51,390 nt of DNA from Candidatus Micrarchaeota archaeon (GCA_043805855.1 JAZDHP010000009.1:1-51390); one strand, 5' to 3'; counted from the stretch's first letter, positions 1-10,361 are shown. The notes: generated from the sequence alone by a model not told the origin. Numbers and translations are program-made.

Positions 1-178
1 AAAGAACAACTTTACAAGATTTAGTACGACGCGCAGAGCGTTCCATAATCCCGCCCCTAATAGGAGAAATTTCAGAGGATAAACAATCAAATAAAAATAA
101 AAATAAACATGGCAACTAACCAGCAAATAAACAACACGACATATGCCGTATATAACCTGAAGAATAGCGTGAATCACA

Positions 179-1696
179 ATGAATAGGAAGAAAATGTCAC
201 TAGTTTCGTTTGAAGAAATATCTGGGTGCAGTAACGTATTCCCATGGGCCTACGCTTGGAAAGGCTGGATAGTTGGACAAAAACGCTATATTCCTCGTAC
301 GTTTTCCATCGGGAGATTACTTAGCGTCAACGGAGACTTAAAATTCGTACAAGAAGAAAAGGAAGGCATTGAAGTTTCAAAAGGAGTAATTGAAAAAGCT
401 CGAAAACGAGAATTTGTAGAATTAATACGTAGAGACACAGCAGTTACTATGCGTGACACGGCGCAGTTTATAAAAAATGAACTAGAACAAGACCTTTCAA
501 AAAAAACAAATGCCGAGCTCAGCGAAATTTACATGAAAGCCAATGAGCTCATTACTGAGTTGTACGCCGCAAGCGCAGTTCCATCAGTTATGGACATGTA
601 CCACACGCTGTTCTCTGAAATGTTGTTAAACTACGTAAAGAAAAGGTGCGTGGAAGTTGGAATTTCTGAAGATAAAGCTGGCGAAGTGTTCGCGGCGTTG
701 ACCACCGTTGAGCGCAAAACATTGCCACAATTGCAAGAAGAGGAATTTTTCAAACTGCTAAGTGAAATACAAAATAGCGAAAAATGGCAAGTACTATTAA
801 ACATGGGCAAATGGAAAGAAGATAAGACCCTAGCGAGTAAAATAAACACACTTTCGGAAAAGTACGGTTGGCTTTCCCGCGGTTATGAAGGCAAAGTTAC
901 TTGGACGCCTGAATACTTTGCAAATTTACTTGCAAGCGAATTGAAAAACAAGGGAGATGCGCTTGAAGAGCTGCGTGGCTTGGAAAAAATGCGGCGCGAT
1001 TTATTGGAAAATCAAAAGAAATACGAAGCGAAGCTAGCGATGAACGCAGAGTACAAGCAGTTCTTTTACGCAGCACGCGAGTTTACGATTATAAAAAGCG
1101 ACCGTAAGTTTGAAACGCTGAAGCTATACTGGAAGCTTGACCCGTTGATTCAAGAAATTGCAAAGCGATTTCAAATAACCGAAAAACAGTGTCGTTACAT
1201 TTTGCCAGATGAAATGTCTAGCGTATTGAAAAGCGGAAAAGTTGATGTTAATTTGTTAAACGAACGCAGGAAACTCTCGTGTTTAATTGTAACTGAAAAA
1301 GAAATAAAAACATTGACTGGCGAAGAAGCTAAGAAAATTTACGACATAGTTAACATTACTAAACTTGACAAAAATGAAGTTACTGGACACTGTGCGTGTC
1401 CCGGCAAGGCAAAGGGAATTGCAAGAATTGTAAATACAACTCAGGACATGGCAAAAATGCAACAAGGCGATATTCTCGTTGCACACTCGACGAACCCAGA
1501 GTTAGTTCCAGCGATGAAACTCGCAAGCGCCATAGTTGCAGAGGAAGGCGGGATTACTTCACACGCGGCAATCGTTAGCAGAGAGTTAGGCGTGCCTTGC
1601 GTTATTGGAACTAAAATTGCAACGAAGGTATTTCAAGATGGGGATTTAATAGAAGTTGACGCGAATAAAGGAATAGCCCGCAAAGTTAAAAGTTGA
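179..1696 (+). CDS. PEP-utilizing enzyme mobile (phospho-His swivel) domain protein without ATP-grasp domain
   Basis: C-terminal ~100 aa has GDILVAHSTNPELVPAM...GGITSHAAIVSRELGVPCVIG; N-terminal ~390 aa is helical with no GGKG ATP-grasp motif. Confidence 0.85.
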   Translation: MNRKKMSLVSFEEISGCSNVFPWAYAWKGWIVGQKRYIPRTFSIGRLLSVNGDLKFVQEEKEGIEVSKGVIEKARKREFVELIRRDTAVTMRDTAQFIKNELEQDLSKKTNAELSEIYMKANELITELYAASAVPSVMDMYHTLFSEMLLNYVKKRCVEVGISEDKAGEVFAALTTVERKTLPQLQEEEFFKLLSEIQNSEKWQVLLNMGKWKEDKTLASKINTLSEKYGWLSRGYEGKVTWTPEYFANLLASELKNKGDALEELRGLEKMRRDLLENQKKYEAKLAMNAEYKQFFYAAREFTIIKSDRKFETLKLYWKLDPLIQEIAKRFQITEKQCRYILPDEMSSVLKSGKVDVNLLNERRKLSCLIVTEKEIKTLTGEEAKKIYDIVNITKLDKNEVTGHCACPGKAKGIARIVNTTQDMAKMQQGDILVAHSTNPELVPAMKLASAIVAEEGGITSHAAIVSRELGVPCVIGTKIATKVFQDGDLIEVDANKGIARKVKS

Positions 1697-1710
1697 AAAA
1701 TTGGAAAAAA

Positions 1711-2268
1711 TTAGATAAGTGTCTTTACATCTTCCCACAGTTCTGGAAATTCTTCGTCCCAAAAGTGTCCTCGTTTAGCAAACAAGCGCATCTTTGCGCC
1801 GACTTTTTGCGCGATTTCCTCGCCGTTTGCAGGTTTAACGTATGGGTCGTCGTCTGAGTTGTAAATGAAAAACCTACCTGCATTGTTTTTGATTTTTTCC
1901 CAATTCCACTTTGGAAAAATAAAACTATTAACCAGTGGAGCGAATTCTTCCAAATGTAAATCCGACGCGAACCCGGCAATTATAAACGCGGCTTTTACTT
2001 TTACGTGCGATTTTTCTAAAATCCTCAATACGAAAGGCGCGCCTATACTGCGGCCAATAAGCACAGTGTCCGGCGTTAGTTTTGCAAAATACGGTTGGAA
2101 TACTTGCATCCAGTTTTCAAGCGTTTGACCTTCTGGCGTTGGGAAACGTGGCGCTATCACTTCATGCCCTTTTGCTTCGAGTTTTTCCCGCAACCATGGA
2201 AAAAACGTTTCGTTTGGGTCGCCGCCAGTGCAGTGGATTAAAATAAAACGCATTTTTTTATCTTTCAC
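1711..2268 (-). CDS. RBBP9/YdeN-family alpha/beta hydrolase
   Basis: 185 aa; GRSIG nucleophile elbow, SDDDPYV, GHF catalytic His. Confidence 0.85.
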   Translation of the reverse strand: MKDKKMRFILIHCTGGDPNETFFPWLREKLEAKGHEVIAPRFPTPEGQTLENWMQVFQPYFAKLTPDTVLIGRSIGAPFVLRILEKSHVKVKAAFIIAGFASDLHLEEFAPLVNSFIFPKWNWEKIKNNAGRFFIYNSDDDPYVKPANGEEIAQKVGAKMRLFAKRGHFWDEEFPELWEDVKTLI

Positions 2269-2280
2269 CTAACTTTCTAC

Positions 2281-3477
2281 CTAATACCTAAGGAAAGCGC
2301 CTATTCCCTTGAACGAAGCGTGGAATTGCCTACCTTCGTCGGTTTCATCTGAAATATATTCAACTATAACACCTTGCTGTTCAGCGTTTTCAATAATGTC
2401 AGTAATACGCAAACGGCAGAGGCCAACTTTACGGTGAGAACCGCACTCGCATGGCTCTGTTTCTCTTTTTTCTTCAATTGTCTTTGAAACTGTTTTACCA
2501 CAAGATGGACACTTGTACTCGCAGTCGAACATTTCCATTCCTTCAGTTATTAAAATTTTCGAAGCGCGTTTTACGTCAAGTGCTTGTTGCGTCTTTTCTA
2601 AACCGTAAACGGCTAGCCCCTCGCGGGCAACTAGCGAAATAAATTCGCTTACTAATTTCTTTTCTTTAACTGCTTCCTGTTCTTTTAATAAATCTGCAGA
2701 TTTTTCCATCAACTCTTTTAAACCTTGTTCATCTGCATAGCCCGTATCTACAACTCCAAGAATCTTGAGCTGGTAATTGAAAAATTTAGCCTTTGTAAAA
2801 TCTTCTTTAACAGGCCCTGGTCCGCCAATTATTACTCCTTGTAAGTTTTTTATTTCCATAAAAACATCCATTGCTTCGCCAGCACGCTGGTAGTACTTTT
2901 CAACTGTTTCCTCGTGAATTCGCTGGAAACGAGCTGCAGATTGCCCACCTTTGTGCACTTTTTGCATTGCAGTGCTGTGCAACGTGCGTAAAACTTTTAC
3001 CATTTTGCCTTTCAATATTGCAATTGTAGCATCTTTGCCATCAAGCACAACAAGCCCATAGGTGCCAGTATGTTCAAGCATGTCTTCCATTGGCTCGAGC
3101 ACGAACTTAGATTCACAGCGGTAAAACTGCGTTGCAAGTGGGTAAGGTGGTTCAACGAAAAATAACTGTACATCAACTTGGCCCTCGTATTGTGAAATGT
3201 TACCGCAGAAAATCGCAATTCCCATTTCTGGAGTTTTCTTGAAAGTCTTTAGAAACGCCATTATTTTTTCCAACGCGGCTTGTACGTTTTTCTGAGTTGA
3301 CTTGCTCTTAATGTTAGACGCTTGACTGTACTCGTCGCGCAGTTTTGCAGCAATGTCAGAAATCGGATAGCCCGGCGTAATGTAAACTGTTATTAGTTCA
3401 GTTCCACGACCCTGGTATTCCTTAAGCTGACTAATGTGCTTCTTGAACTCGAATAATTGTTTAGATTCGGTTGACAT
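2281..3477 (-). CDS. prf1: Peptide chain release factor aRF1
   Basis: ASNIKS, YRCESKF, GGQSAARF, C-terminal GIGAFLRY; CxxC Zn ribbon in domain 3. Confidence 0.97.
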   Translation of the reverse strand: MSTESKQLFEFKKHISQLKEYQGRGTELITVYITPGYPISDIAAKLRDEYSQASNIKSKSTQKNVQAALEKIMAFLKTFKKTPEMGIAIFCGNISQYEGQVDVQLFFVEPPYPLATQFYRCESKFVLEPMEDMLEHTGTYGLVVLDGKDATIAILKGKMVKVLRTLHSTAMQKVHKGGQSAARFQRIHEETVEKYYQRAGEAMDVFMEIKNLQGVIIGGPGPVKEDFTKAKFFNYQLKILGVVDTGYADEQGLKELMEKSADLLKEQEAVKEKKLVSEFISLVAREGLAVYGLEKTQQALDVKRASKILITEGMEMFDCEYKCPSCGKTVSKTIEEKRETEPCECGSHRKVGLCRLRITDIIENAEQQGVIVEYISDETDEGRQFHASFKGIGAFLRY

Positions 3478-3551
3478 TTTTAATTCACTTATTTGACATA
3501 CTTAACAATGTAATTGTTAGCTCCGCTGAAGTTCAAAGACCTTTCGAACAG

Positions 3552-4838
3552 CTAAGATTTCTGAGGTACAAGCTCTTTCTTCCCATTCATGTACTTTTGC
3601 AACGCAGTTGGAATTTTAATTGAACCGTCTGGCTTTTGGAAGTTTTCCATAACCGCGACAATTGCCCGGTTTGTAGCAACCATTGTGCTGTTCAGCGTGT
3701 GAACTGGTTCTTTTTCTTCGCTTCCCTTGCTAGTTCGATAGCGAATGCCAAGACGATTTGCTTGATACGCCGTACAGTTTGAACACGATGCAACTTCACG
3801 ATAAGCGCCTTGCGCTGGCATCCATGCTTCGACGTCGTATTTCTTCGCCGCAACAATTCCAATATCTCCCGTACATACATTAACAACACGAAACGGAATC
3901 TTCAAAAGTTTGAAAAAGCCTTCGCAGTTTTTAATTAGTTCTTCATGAATTTTCCACGATTCTTCTGGTCGTGAGAAAACAACTTGTTCAATCTTATTAA
4001 ACTGATGAACACGGAAAATGCCTTTTGTATCTTTACCATGTGCTCCCGCTTCTTTGCGGAAGTTATTGCTTATTCCAGCGTATTTCAACGGAAGTTGCTC
4101 TGGTTCGAAGATTTCACCACTGTGCATTGCGGTCAACGGATGCTCACTCGTTGCAATTAAGTAGAGATCTTCGTTTTCAATTTTGTACATGACGTTTTCA
4201 AAATCCGCAAGGTCAGTAACTCCCTCGTATGGCTTGCGATGCATCATGTACGGGGGCAAAACTGGAATAAACCCCTTTTTCACCAGAATATCCATCGCCA
4301 TGCGCTGCAACGCCATGTCAAGGAGAACAAAATCTCCCTTTAAGAAGAAAAACCTCGCGCCGCTTATCTTAGCAGCGCGTTCTAAATCCTGGCCGTGCAT
4401 TTCCAAAAGGTCAACGTGGCTCCTAAATTGCTTCGCCTTTGGAATTACTCTAACTTTGCGAACAACTTTGTTTTCACTATCGTCCCTCCCAAATGGAACG
4501 CTTTCGTGCAAAACGTTCGGCAAACGCATTAAATAATAGTCAACTTTTTCCTTCACTAAGTTCATCTTTTCCTCAGTTTCTTTTATCTTCTGCGGAATTT
4601 CCTTAGCTTCCTTGAATAACGATGCCGCGTCTTTACCGGCCTTCTTCGCCTCGCCGATGTCAGTTGAAATTTTGTTACGCCGGCTGCGTAGTTTTTCAGC
4701 TTCGAGCAAAAGCTCACGGTATTCTTTATCTTTTAAAATTAAGTCACTTAGCCAAGATAGTTTTTCCTTGTCCCCGCGCTTTTCTAAATCTTTCTTTACG
4801 ATTTCGGGATTTTTTCGAATAATTTTAACATCTAACAT
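3552..4838 (-). CDS. serS: Seryl-tRNA synthetase
   Basis: N-terminal coiled coil, LIATSEHPL, FRKEAG, GIFRVHQF, SCSNCTAYQ, HTLNST. Confidence 0.97.
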   Translation of the reverse strand: MLDVKIIRKNPEIVKKDLEKRGDKEKLSWLSDLILKDKEYRELLLEAEKLRSRRNKISTDIGEAKKAGKDAASLFKEAKEIPQKIKETEEKMNLVKEKVDYYLMRLPNVLHESVPFGRDDSENKVVRKVRVIPKAKQFRSHVDLLEMHGQDLERAAKISGARFFFLKGDFVLLDMALQRMAMDILVKKGFIPVLPPYMMHRKPYEGVTDLADFENVMYKIENEDLYLIATSEHPLTAMHSGEIFEPEQLPLKYAGISNNFRKEAGAHGKDTKGIFRVHQFNKIEQVVFSRPEESWKIHEELIKNCEGFFKLLKIPFRVVNVCTGDIGIVAAKKYDVEAWMPAQGAYREVASCSNCTAYQANRLGIRYRTSKGSEEKEPVHTLNSTMVATNRAIVAVMENFQKPDGSIKIPTALQKYMNGKKELVPQKS

Positions 4839-4869
4839 ACAACATCACGCTTCGTTACATTGTTTATTT

Positions 4870-5490
4870 TTATTTCGCACAGCGGAGCATTTCACTCCTC
4901 GCGTGCTCTAGCTGTCCACGCAGTACATCTTGCTTGCGCTTTAGATTGCCAACAAGCGACGCTGAGTATTTCAACAGCATCATCTCGTCGTAAATGTTAT
5001 TCATGCACTGGAAGTAATACTCCGCGTCGTTATACTTACCTTCCTTCAACGCTAATTGCAACGCACGGCGCACTTCGCCAGAACAATCTAGGAAGCCGCC
5101 TAAGTAAGAAGAAACCGTAATGTCAAGATCTTCCGGCGTCGGGATATCTTTCTTTTCAACAACCGCACAGAAAATCATTATCTCAGCGTATTCTTGCATT
5201 GGCGTGTCAAGAATATGAGGAAATTTTTCGCCAACTTTTTTCAATTCAACTAGCTTCTTCGCCATGCCAGTCATTAGCTCTTTTGCCTCTTTTGGATTTT
5301 CAGTATGCAAATGACGAATTGCTTTAGCGCAGTCACGGATGAATTCACGCGATAGCGACAACACTTTATCTTGGTTCTTTTCCTTCTCGTCGAGTTCCTT
5401 CGCGAGCGCAGCAACTACTTTTCCAAGTACCTTTGTAATTTTAGTATCTTTCATAAACATCTCCCTTCTTGCGTTTTTTGGTATATACAT
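4870..5490 (-). CDS. Translin/Trax (C3PO)-family RNase; true start may be a downstream Met
   Basis: QEYAE and YLGGFLDCSGEVRR match archaeal translin catalytic motifs; LKRKQDVLR C-terminus. Confidence 0.8.
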   Translation of the reverse strand: MYIPKNARREMFMKDTKITKVLGKVVAALAKELDEKEKNQDKVLSLSREFIRDCAKAIRHLHTENPKEAKELMTGMAKKLVELKKVGEKFPHILDTPMQEYAEIMIFCAVVEKKDIPTPEDLDITVSSYLGGFLDCSGEVRRALQLALKEGKYNDAEYYFQCMNNIYDEMMLLKYSASLVGNLKRKQDVLRGQLEHARSEMLRCAK

Positions 5491-5555
5491 ATAAATCCCC
5501 GCGTTGAAAAACTTGTGGGTAAGCCCATAAATTATAATTATAGAAGGGATAGAAC

Positions 5556-7109
5556 TTGAAAGCAGAGCAGATAATTAAAAAATACTCCTTAGATAAAAGC
5601 TCGTGGACAAACAAGGGTTTTCATGGCGTCCTTCACTACATGTACCCCGTAGCATACATGCCGTTTAAACCAATGAAAGCCGCTTATGGCGATTGGCATC
5701 ACATTCTAATGGTGTTTTTCAAAGACAATTACGGCAACTGGTATTGGAATGACAATGACATGGTTCGACTTCGCAAGGAGCTCATTGTTAACGTTTCAAA
5801 AGATGAACAGTTTTTACAAAAATTAATGGAAAAATGGCAAGCACTGGTAAAAAAATATCAAAAGAAAATAGACAAAATAGAAAGGACTGATCTTTCAAAA
5901 CTTTCTGCGCAAGATTTCAACGCCCTTTACCAAGATTTCTTCGATGCATACGTAATGCAGTATGGAATCGCCATTGGCGTGCAAGATCCATTTAGCATGC
6001 ATGCCCAAAACTTCCTAGAACCTGCGTTCAAAAAATTTATCGCTCAAAAAGGTAAAACTAATCAATTTAACGAACTTTACGCTGAGCTTCTTGCGCCAAT
6101 TTTACCGTCATTTGTAAACGAAGAGAAGAAAACCCTGCTAGAAATTCTAGCGAAAATTCAAGCTAATAATTTACATTTACTAATAATCTTGCGCGGCTTT
6201 GACTACGCCGCCGCACATCTTGACGAAATGCCTGAAATTGAAAAGATGCTAGAAAAACATGCAAGAGAATTTTATTGGGTTCAGAACAATTATGCAAAAG
6301 TCAAATGCCTTGATAAGCTATATTTCTTAAACGAACTTTGCACTTTACAAAAAGCAGGCGTAAACGGCACCGAGGCAAAAAAAGAAATTGAACAGCACCT
6401 TGAAAATTCTATAAAATTAAAGGCAAAACTCATAAAGCAACTACAAGTGCCAAAAGAGTTGCTTGATTTAATCAAAATTTCAGAGATATTCACCTACATG
6501 CAAGATGAAAGAAAGAAAAATGTGTTAATTGCAAATCATTATCAACGAAAGTTTATCGACGAGGCAAGTCGACGAACTGGAATAAGCCCCGCATTACTTG
6601 AATATACGATACTTCCTGAACTAAAAGAAATTGTCAAAACTGGCGAAGCTAATTTGAAAGTTCTTGCAGCACGCCGTAAAAGTTGCCTAATTATTCACAC
6701 GAGAGAAGGACATGAAATTTTTGATGGAGAAGAAACACTCGCACTATATGCTACCCTATTTGGTAAATCTGCCAAGGCAATTGCAGAAGTAACAGGAAGC
6801 TGCGCTTCAGAAGGAAAAGCAACTGGCCTGGCAAAAATTGTTCTAAAAACTCACGATATGATTAACATGCAGGAAGGCGACGTACTAATAACAAGCATGA
6901 CTAGACCTGAAATGGTTCCTGTAATGAAAAAAGCAGTTGCGATTATTACTGACGAAGGTGGCGTAACGTCACATGCAGCAATTGTAAGTCGAGAATTAGG
7001 CATTCCCTGCATTGTAGGCGCAAAGCACGCTACAAGAGTTTTCAAAGACGGTGACTTGGTGGAAGTTGACGCTGGCAAAGGAACTGCAAGGAAAATAGGA
7101 GAAAAATAA
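5556..7109 (+). CDS. Second PEP-utilizing mobile-domain protein without ATP-grasp domain (paralog of 179..1696)
   Basis: MTRPEMVPVM...DEGGVTSHAAIVSRELGIPCIVG at the C-terminus; same size and architecture; TTG start. Confidence 0.85.
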   Translation: MKAEQIIKKYSLDKSSWTNKGFHGVLHYMYPVAYMPFKPMKAAYGDWHHILMVFFKDNYGNWYWNDNDMVRLRKELIVNVSKDEQFLQKLMEKWQALVKKYQKKIDKIERTDLSKLSAQDFNALYQDFFDAYVMQYGIAIGVQDPFSMHAQNFLEPAFKKFIAQKGKTNQFNELYAELLAPILPSFVNEEKKTLLEILAKIQANNLHLLIILRGFDYAAAHLDEMPEIEKMLEKHAREFYWVQNNYAKVKCLDKLYFLNELCTLQKAGVNGTEAKKEIEQHLENSIKLKAKLIKQLQVPKELLDLIKISEIFTYMQDERKKNVLIANHYQRKFIDEASRRTGISPALLEYTILPELKEIVKTGEANLKVLAARRKSCLIIHTREGHEIFDGEETLALYATLFGKSAKAIAEVTGSCASEGKATGLAKIVLKTHDMINMQEGDVLITSMTRPEMVPVMKKAVAIITDEGGVTSHAAIVSRELGIPCIVGAKHATRVFKDGDLVEVDAGKGTARKIGEK

Positions 7110-7128
7110 TAAAAGGTGAATTGAATAA

Positions 7129-7797
7129 ATGAAAGTAGTTTCTCTTGGTGGTTCGCTGTTGTTCGGCGATAACAACGAGTTTGACGTCAGTTTTTTGAAA
7201 AACATCGCGGCGCTATTTGCAAAGCACAAAGATATTGCAATTGTTGTTGGCGGTGGAAAAATAGCACGGAGCTACGTTTCACTCGCACGTGAGTTTAAAG
7301 TCAACGAATTTAACTGCGATTCAATTGCGATAAAAGCAACTCACGTAAACGCTGCACTTGTAGCTGCGATTATACCAAACGCAATTTATTGTAATAACTT
7401 AGACGAAGCCACCGCGGCGGTAGATAACAGAAAAATTCCAGTTCTCGGCGGGCAACTGCCAGGCGTTACAACCGACGCAATTTCAGTGCTCCTTGCAGAA
7501 AAACTAGACGCAAAAACGCTGTTAAATTTAAGCAACGTTAGTTACGTTTATTCAGCTGACCCGAATGTTGACAAAAGCGCGAAGAAAATTGAAAAAATGT
7601 CCCACCCTGCGTTAACGAAACTCGCGAGTGAAAACGACACGAGAATGGCACGGACGAACTTTCCCTTTGACCTCGTCGCGTGTAAACTAGCACAACGGAG
7701 TAACATTGAATTACGGTTTGTAGATGGGAAAAACGTAAAAGAAGTTGAAAACGCGTTGAACGACAAACCGTTTAGTGGGACAATTGTGAAAAATTAA
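7129..7797 (+). CDS. pyrH: UMP kinase
   Basis: SLGGS, VVGGGKIAR, PGVTTDA, YSADP, FPFDLVA; upstream AGGTGA SD. Confidence 0.93.
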   Translation: MKVVSLGGSLLFGDNNEFDVSFLKNIAALFAKHKDIAIVVGGGKIARSYVSLAREFKVNEFNCDSIAIKATHVNAALVAAIIPNAIYCNNLDEATAAVDNRKIPVLGGQLPGVTTDAISVLLAEKLDAKTLLNLSNVSYVYSADPNVDKSAKKIEKMSHPALTKLASENDTRMARTNFPFDLVACKLAQRSNIELRFVDGKNVKEVENALNDKPFSGTIVKN

Positions 7798-7825
7798 CAG
7801 AAGAAATTTTTACATTTTCATCTTT

Positions 7826-10321
7826 TTACTTTCTTAACAATTTCCTTTGCTCTGCACTGGCAATTACACGGCGCGTTTTTTCAATCACGTCGGGATTAAC
7901 TGAAATTGAATCAATTCCATATTCAACTAATTTTTCAGTAAACTCAGGATAAACAGAAGGTGCTTGGCCGCAAATTGACACTTTTACGTCATACTGATGG
8001 CATGTTTTGATAACCTTTTCAATGCTACGCAGTACTGCTTCGTCGCGCTCGTCGAACTCCTCAGCAACAATTGAATTATCACGATCAACTCCGAGCGTTA
8101 GCTGCGTTAAATCGTTTGAGCCAATTGAGAAGAAGTCAGCGCCTGCTTTGCAAAACTCTTCTGCAAGAATTACGTTGGATGGAACTTCGCACATTATTCC
8201 AAGTTTAAAGTCGCGCGTTTGGTGTAACCCAGCTGCTTCAACTAATTTCTTTACAAGTTTAAACTCGTGCACTGTACGCACAACTGGAATCATTAAATGT
8301 AAGTTTTTCATTCCGTACTTTTCCCGCACTTTTTTAATCGCAGCTAATTCCATTGCAAATTCAGCTGGGTCTTTAATGTAACGGAAGCAACCACGGTATC
8401 CAATCATTGGATTCTCTTCATGCGGTTCAAATTCAGTTCCGCCTTCTAAGTTACGGTATTCGTTTGTCTTGAAGTCAGTCGCGCGGTAAATAACTGGACG
8501 GTTTCCAAACGGCGCGCACGCTTTGCGAAGTGCCTTAGCAAGGCTGTCAATAAACTCCTGCTCGCGACCTTGCTTAATGAATAAACGCGGGTGCTTACCC
8601 ATCGCAGCGACGATGAACTCCGCACGGAGTAAACCAACTCCATCCACGTCTCGCAGCGCGACTCCCTCTGCCAAATCAGGCTGAGCTAAGTTAACGTAAA
8701 GCTTAGTACCAGTAATGATGTGCGCGTTTACACTTGCAATAAGTGCAACTTGCTTGGTTGCCGTGGGATCAGTAAGGGCCGCGCCGGGGGCCCTTGCGTA
8801 AACCATACCATGGTCAGCGTCGACAGTTACAATTTCACCATCGTGTAAATTGCGCGTAGCACTTCCAGAACCAACAATACACGGTACGCCGAGTTCTCGC
8901 GAGACAATTGCAGCGTGGGCAGTTGTTCCACCTTCGTCAGTTACAATCGCGCATGCGCGTTTCATCGCTGGGACAAAGTCCGGCGTAGTCATTGTTGTTA
9001 CAAGCACGTCGCCTTTTTTCACTTTGTATAATTCCTTCAAGTCAAGTATTAATCGAACTGGGCCGCTTGCAACTCCGGGAGAAGCGGATAAACCTTGCAC
9101 AATCGCTTCTTCGCTTTCGTTTGCGTTTTGTTCTGGCATTACAGTCACCTCTTGTTTCCTTTCAATAAATTTTTCTTCTTGCACTTCTTTTTGTTCTTCA
9201 ACCTTTTCGTCAGCGTTTTCTTCAGTTTCTTTTTCTTCTTCAGCTGGTGTAAATTGTTCTTGTGAAACTTGCGCTGGTTGCATTTGCAACTGTGGCTCCT
9301 GCTGTTGAACGTGTTGCTTGTGTTTTTCCAACGTTGTAATCGCGCGGGTTTGCACGATGTAAACTTCGCCGTTTTCAACTCCCCACTCTATATCCTGCGG
9401 GCGGCCATAATGCTCTTCAAGTTGCTTAGCATAGCGAGCGAGTTGTAAAACAATTGCATCAGGAACTTTCTGCACTTCTTGCAACTCTTCTTCAACATCA
9501 ACCCACTGGTCAGCTCCTTTTACTTTTGTAATCATGCGCGTCTGTTTGCTTAAACGCTTTTCAGAAAGTTGCATCGACGCTTTGTCAATAACATAGTGAT
9601 CTGGCGTAATTGAACCACTTACAACTGCTTCGCCGAGGCCGAAACCGCCTTCGACGACGATTTTACTCCGGTCGCCTGTGAACGGTTCAGCGGTGAACAT
9701 AACTCCACTTATTTCACTTTGGCACATTTTCTGCACAACAGCAGCAAGTCCAACTTTCATGTGGTCAAACCCCTGCTCTACGCGGTAGTACATTGCCCTT
9801 GCGCCGAAAAGCGAAGCCCAGCACTTTTTCACCGCAGCTACAACCGCGTCGCCTCCCTTTATGTTAAGAAAGCTCTCTTGCTGGCCTGCGAAACTCGCCT
9901 CAGGTAGATCTTCAGCAGTTGCACTAGAGCGTATAGCGACGTAAATTTCTTGCGAGTCAGTTGGAATTAAATCAACCCCGCACAAGTGATTGTAACTTTT
10001 TATAATATCCGCGCGAATATCCTGCGGGATCTCGCCGTTCAAAATCGCCTCTTTGACAATCTGACTCGCTTTGTCAAGCGAAACATTATCATAAACATCT
10101 AACAAACTGCAATTCTGGCGAATTATCTCGTCAATTCCATTGTGCTTGATGAATTCAAAATAAGCGTAGCTCGAAACAACGAAACCCGGCGGAACTGGAA
10201 AATTGTTATTTATCATTTCTGCAAGGTTAGCACCTTTGCCGCCAGCAGCAGCTAAACTATCCCGCGACAACTCTTTGAACCAATAAATATTCTTCTGGTT
10301 AACCATTTTAAAAATTACCAT
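7826..10321 (-). CDS. ppsA: Phosphoenolpyruvate synthase with long Q/E-rich interdomain linker
   Basis: GGKGANL, RSSATAEDL, SFAGQQE, GGTTAHAAIVSRELG, GLLRAEF, SIGSNDLTQ, CGQAPS. Confidence 0.96.
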   Translation of the reverse strand: MVIFKMVNQKNIYWFKELSRDSLAAAGGKGANLAEMINNNFPVPPGFVVSSYAYFEFIKHNGIDEIIRQNCSLLDVYDNVSLDKASQIVKEAILNGEIPQDIRADIIKSYNHLCGVDLIPTDSQEIYVAIRSSATAEDLPEASFAGQQESFLNIKGGDAVVAAVKKCWASLFGARAMYYRVEQGFDHMKVGLAAVVQKMCQSEISGVMFTAEPFTGDRSKIVVEGGFGLGEAVVSGSITPDHYVIDKASMQLSEKRLSKQTRMITKVKGADQWVDVEEELQEVQKVPDAIVLQLARYAKQLEEHYGRPQDIEWGVENGEVYIVQTRAITTLEKHKQHVQQQEPQLQMQPAQVSQEQFTPAEEEKETEENADEKVEEQKEVQEEKFIERKQEVTVMPEQNANESEEAIVQGLSASPGVASGPVRLILDLKELYKVKKGDVLVTTMTTPDFVPAMKRACAIVTDEGGTTAHAAIVSRELGVPCIVGSGSATRNLHDGEIVTVDADHGMVYARAPGAALTDPTATKQVALIASVNAHIITGTKLYVNLAQPDLAEGVALRDVDGVGLLRAEFIVAAMGKHPRLFIKQGREQEFIDSLAKALRKACAPFGNRPVIYRATDFKTNEYRNLEGGTEFEPHEENPMIGYRGCFRYIKDPAEFAMELAAIKKVREKYGMKNLHLMIPVVRTVHEFKLVKKLVEAAGLHQTRDFKLGIMCEVPSNVILAEEFCKAGADFFSIGSNDLTQLTLGVDRDNSIVAEEFDERDEAVLRSIEKVIKTCHQYDVKVSICGQAPSVYPEFTEKLVEYGIDSISVNPDVIEKTRRVIASAEQRKLLRK

Positions 10322-10361
10322 CCCTAGGTTAAATAAGTTATCAATTGTAGGATAATTACCT

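Noticed and set aside
1-119. Possible 3' end of an upstream ORF (frame 3, RTTLQDLVRRAERSIIPP...)
   Set aside because: Too short, and two frames are open, so neither frame nor product can be assigned
2281-3477. aRF1 QASNIKS variant plus in-frame TAA codons in the Fic remnant and protease as a sign of stop-codon recoding
   Set aside because: TAA, TAG and TGA all end conserved genes at expected lengths here; QASNIKS is an ordinary archaeal variant
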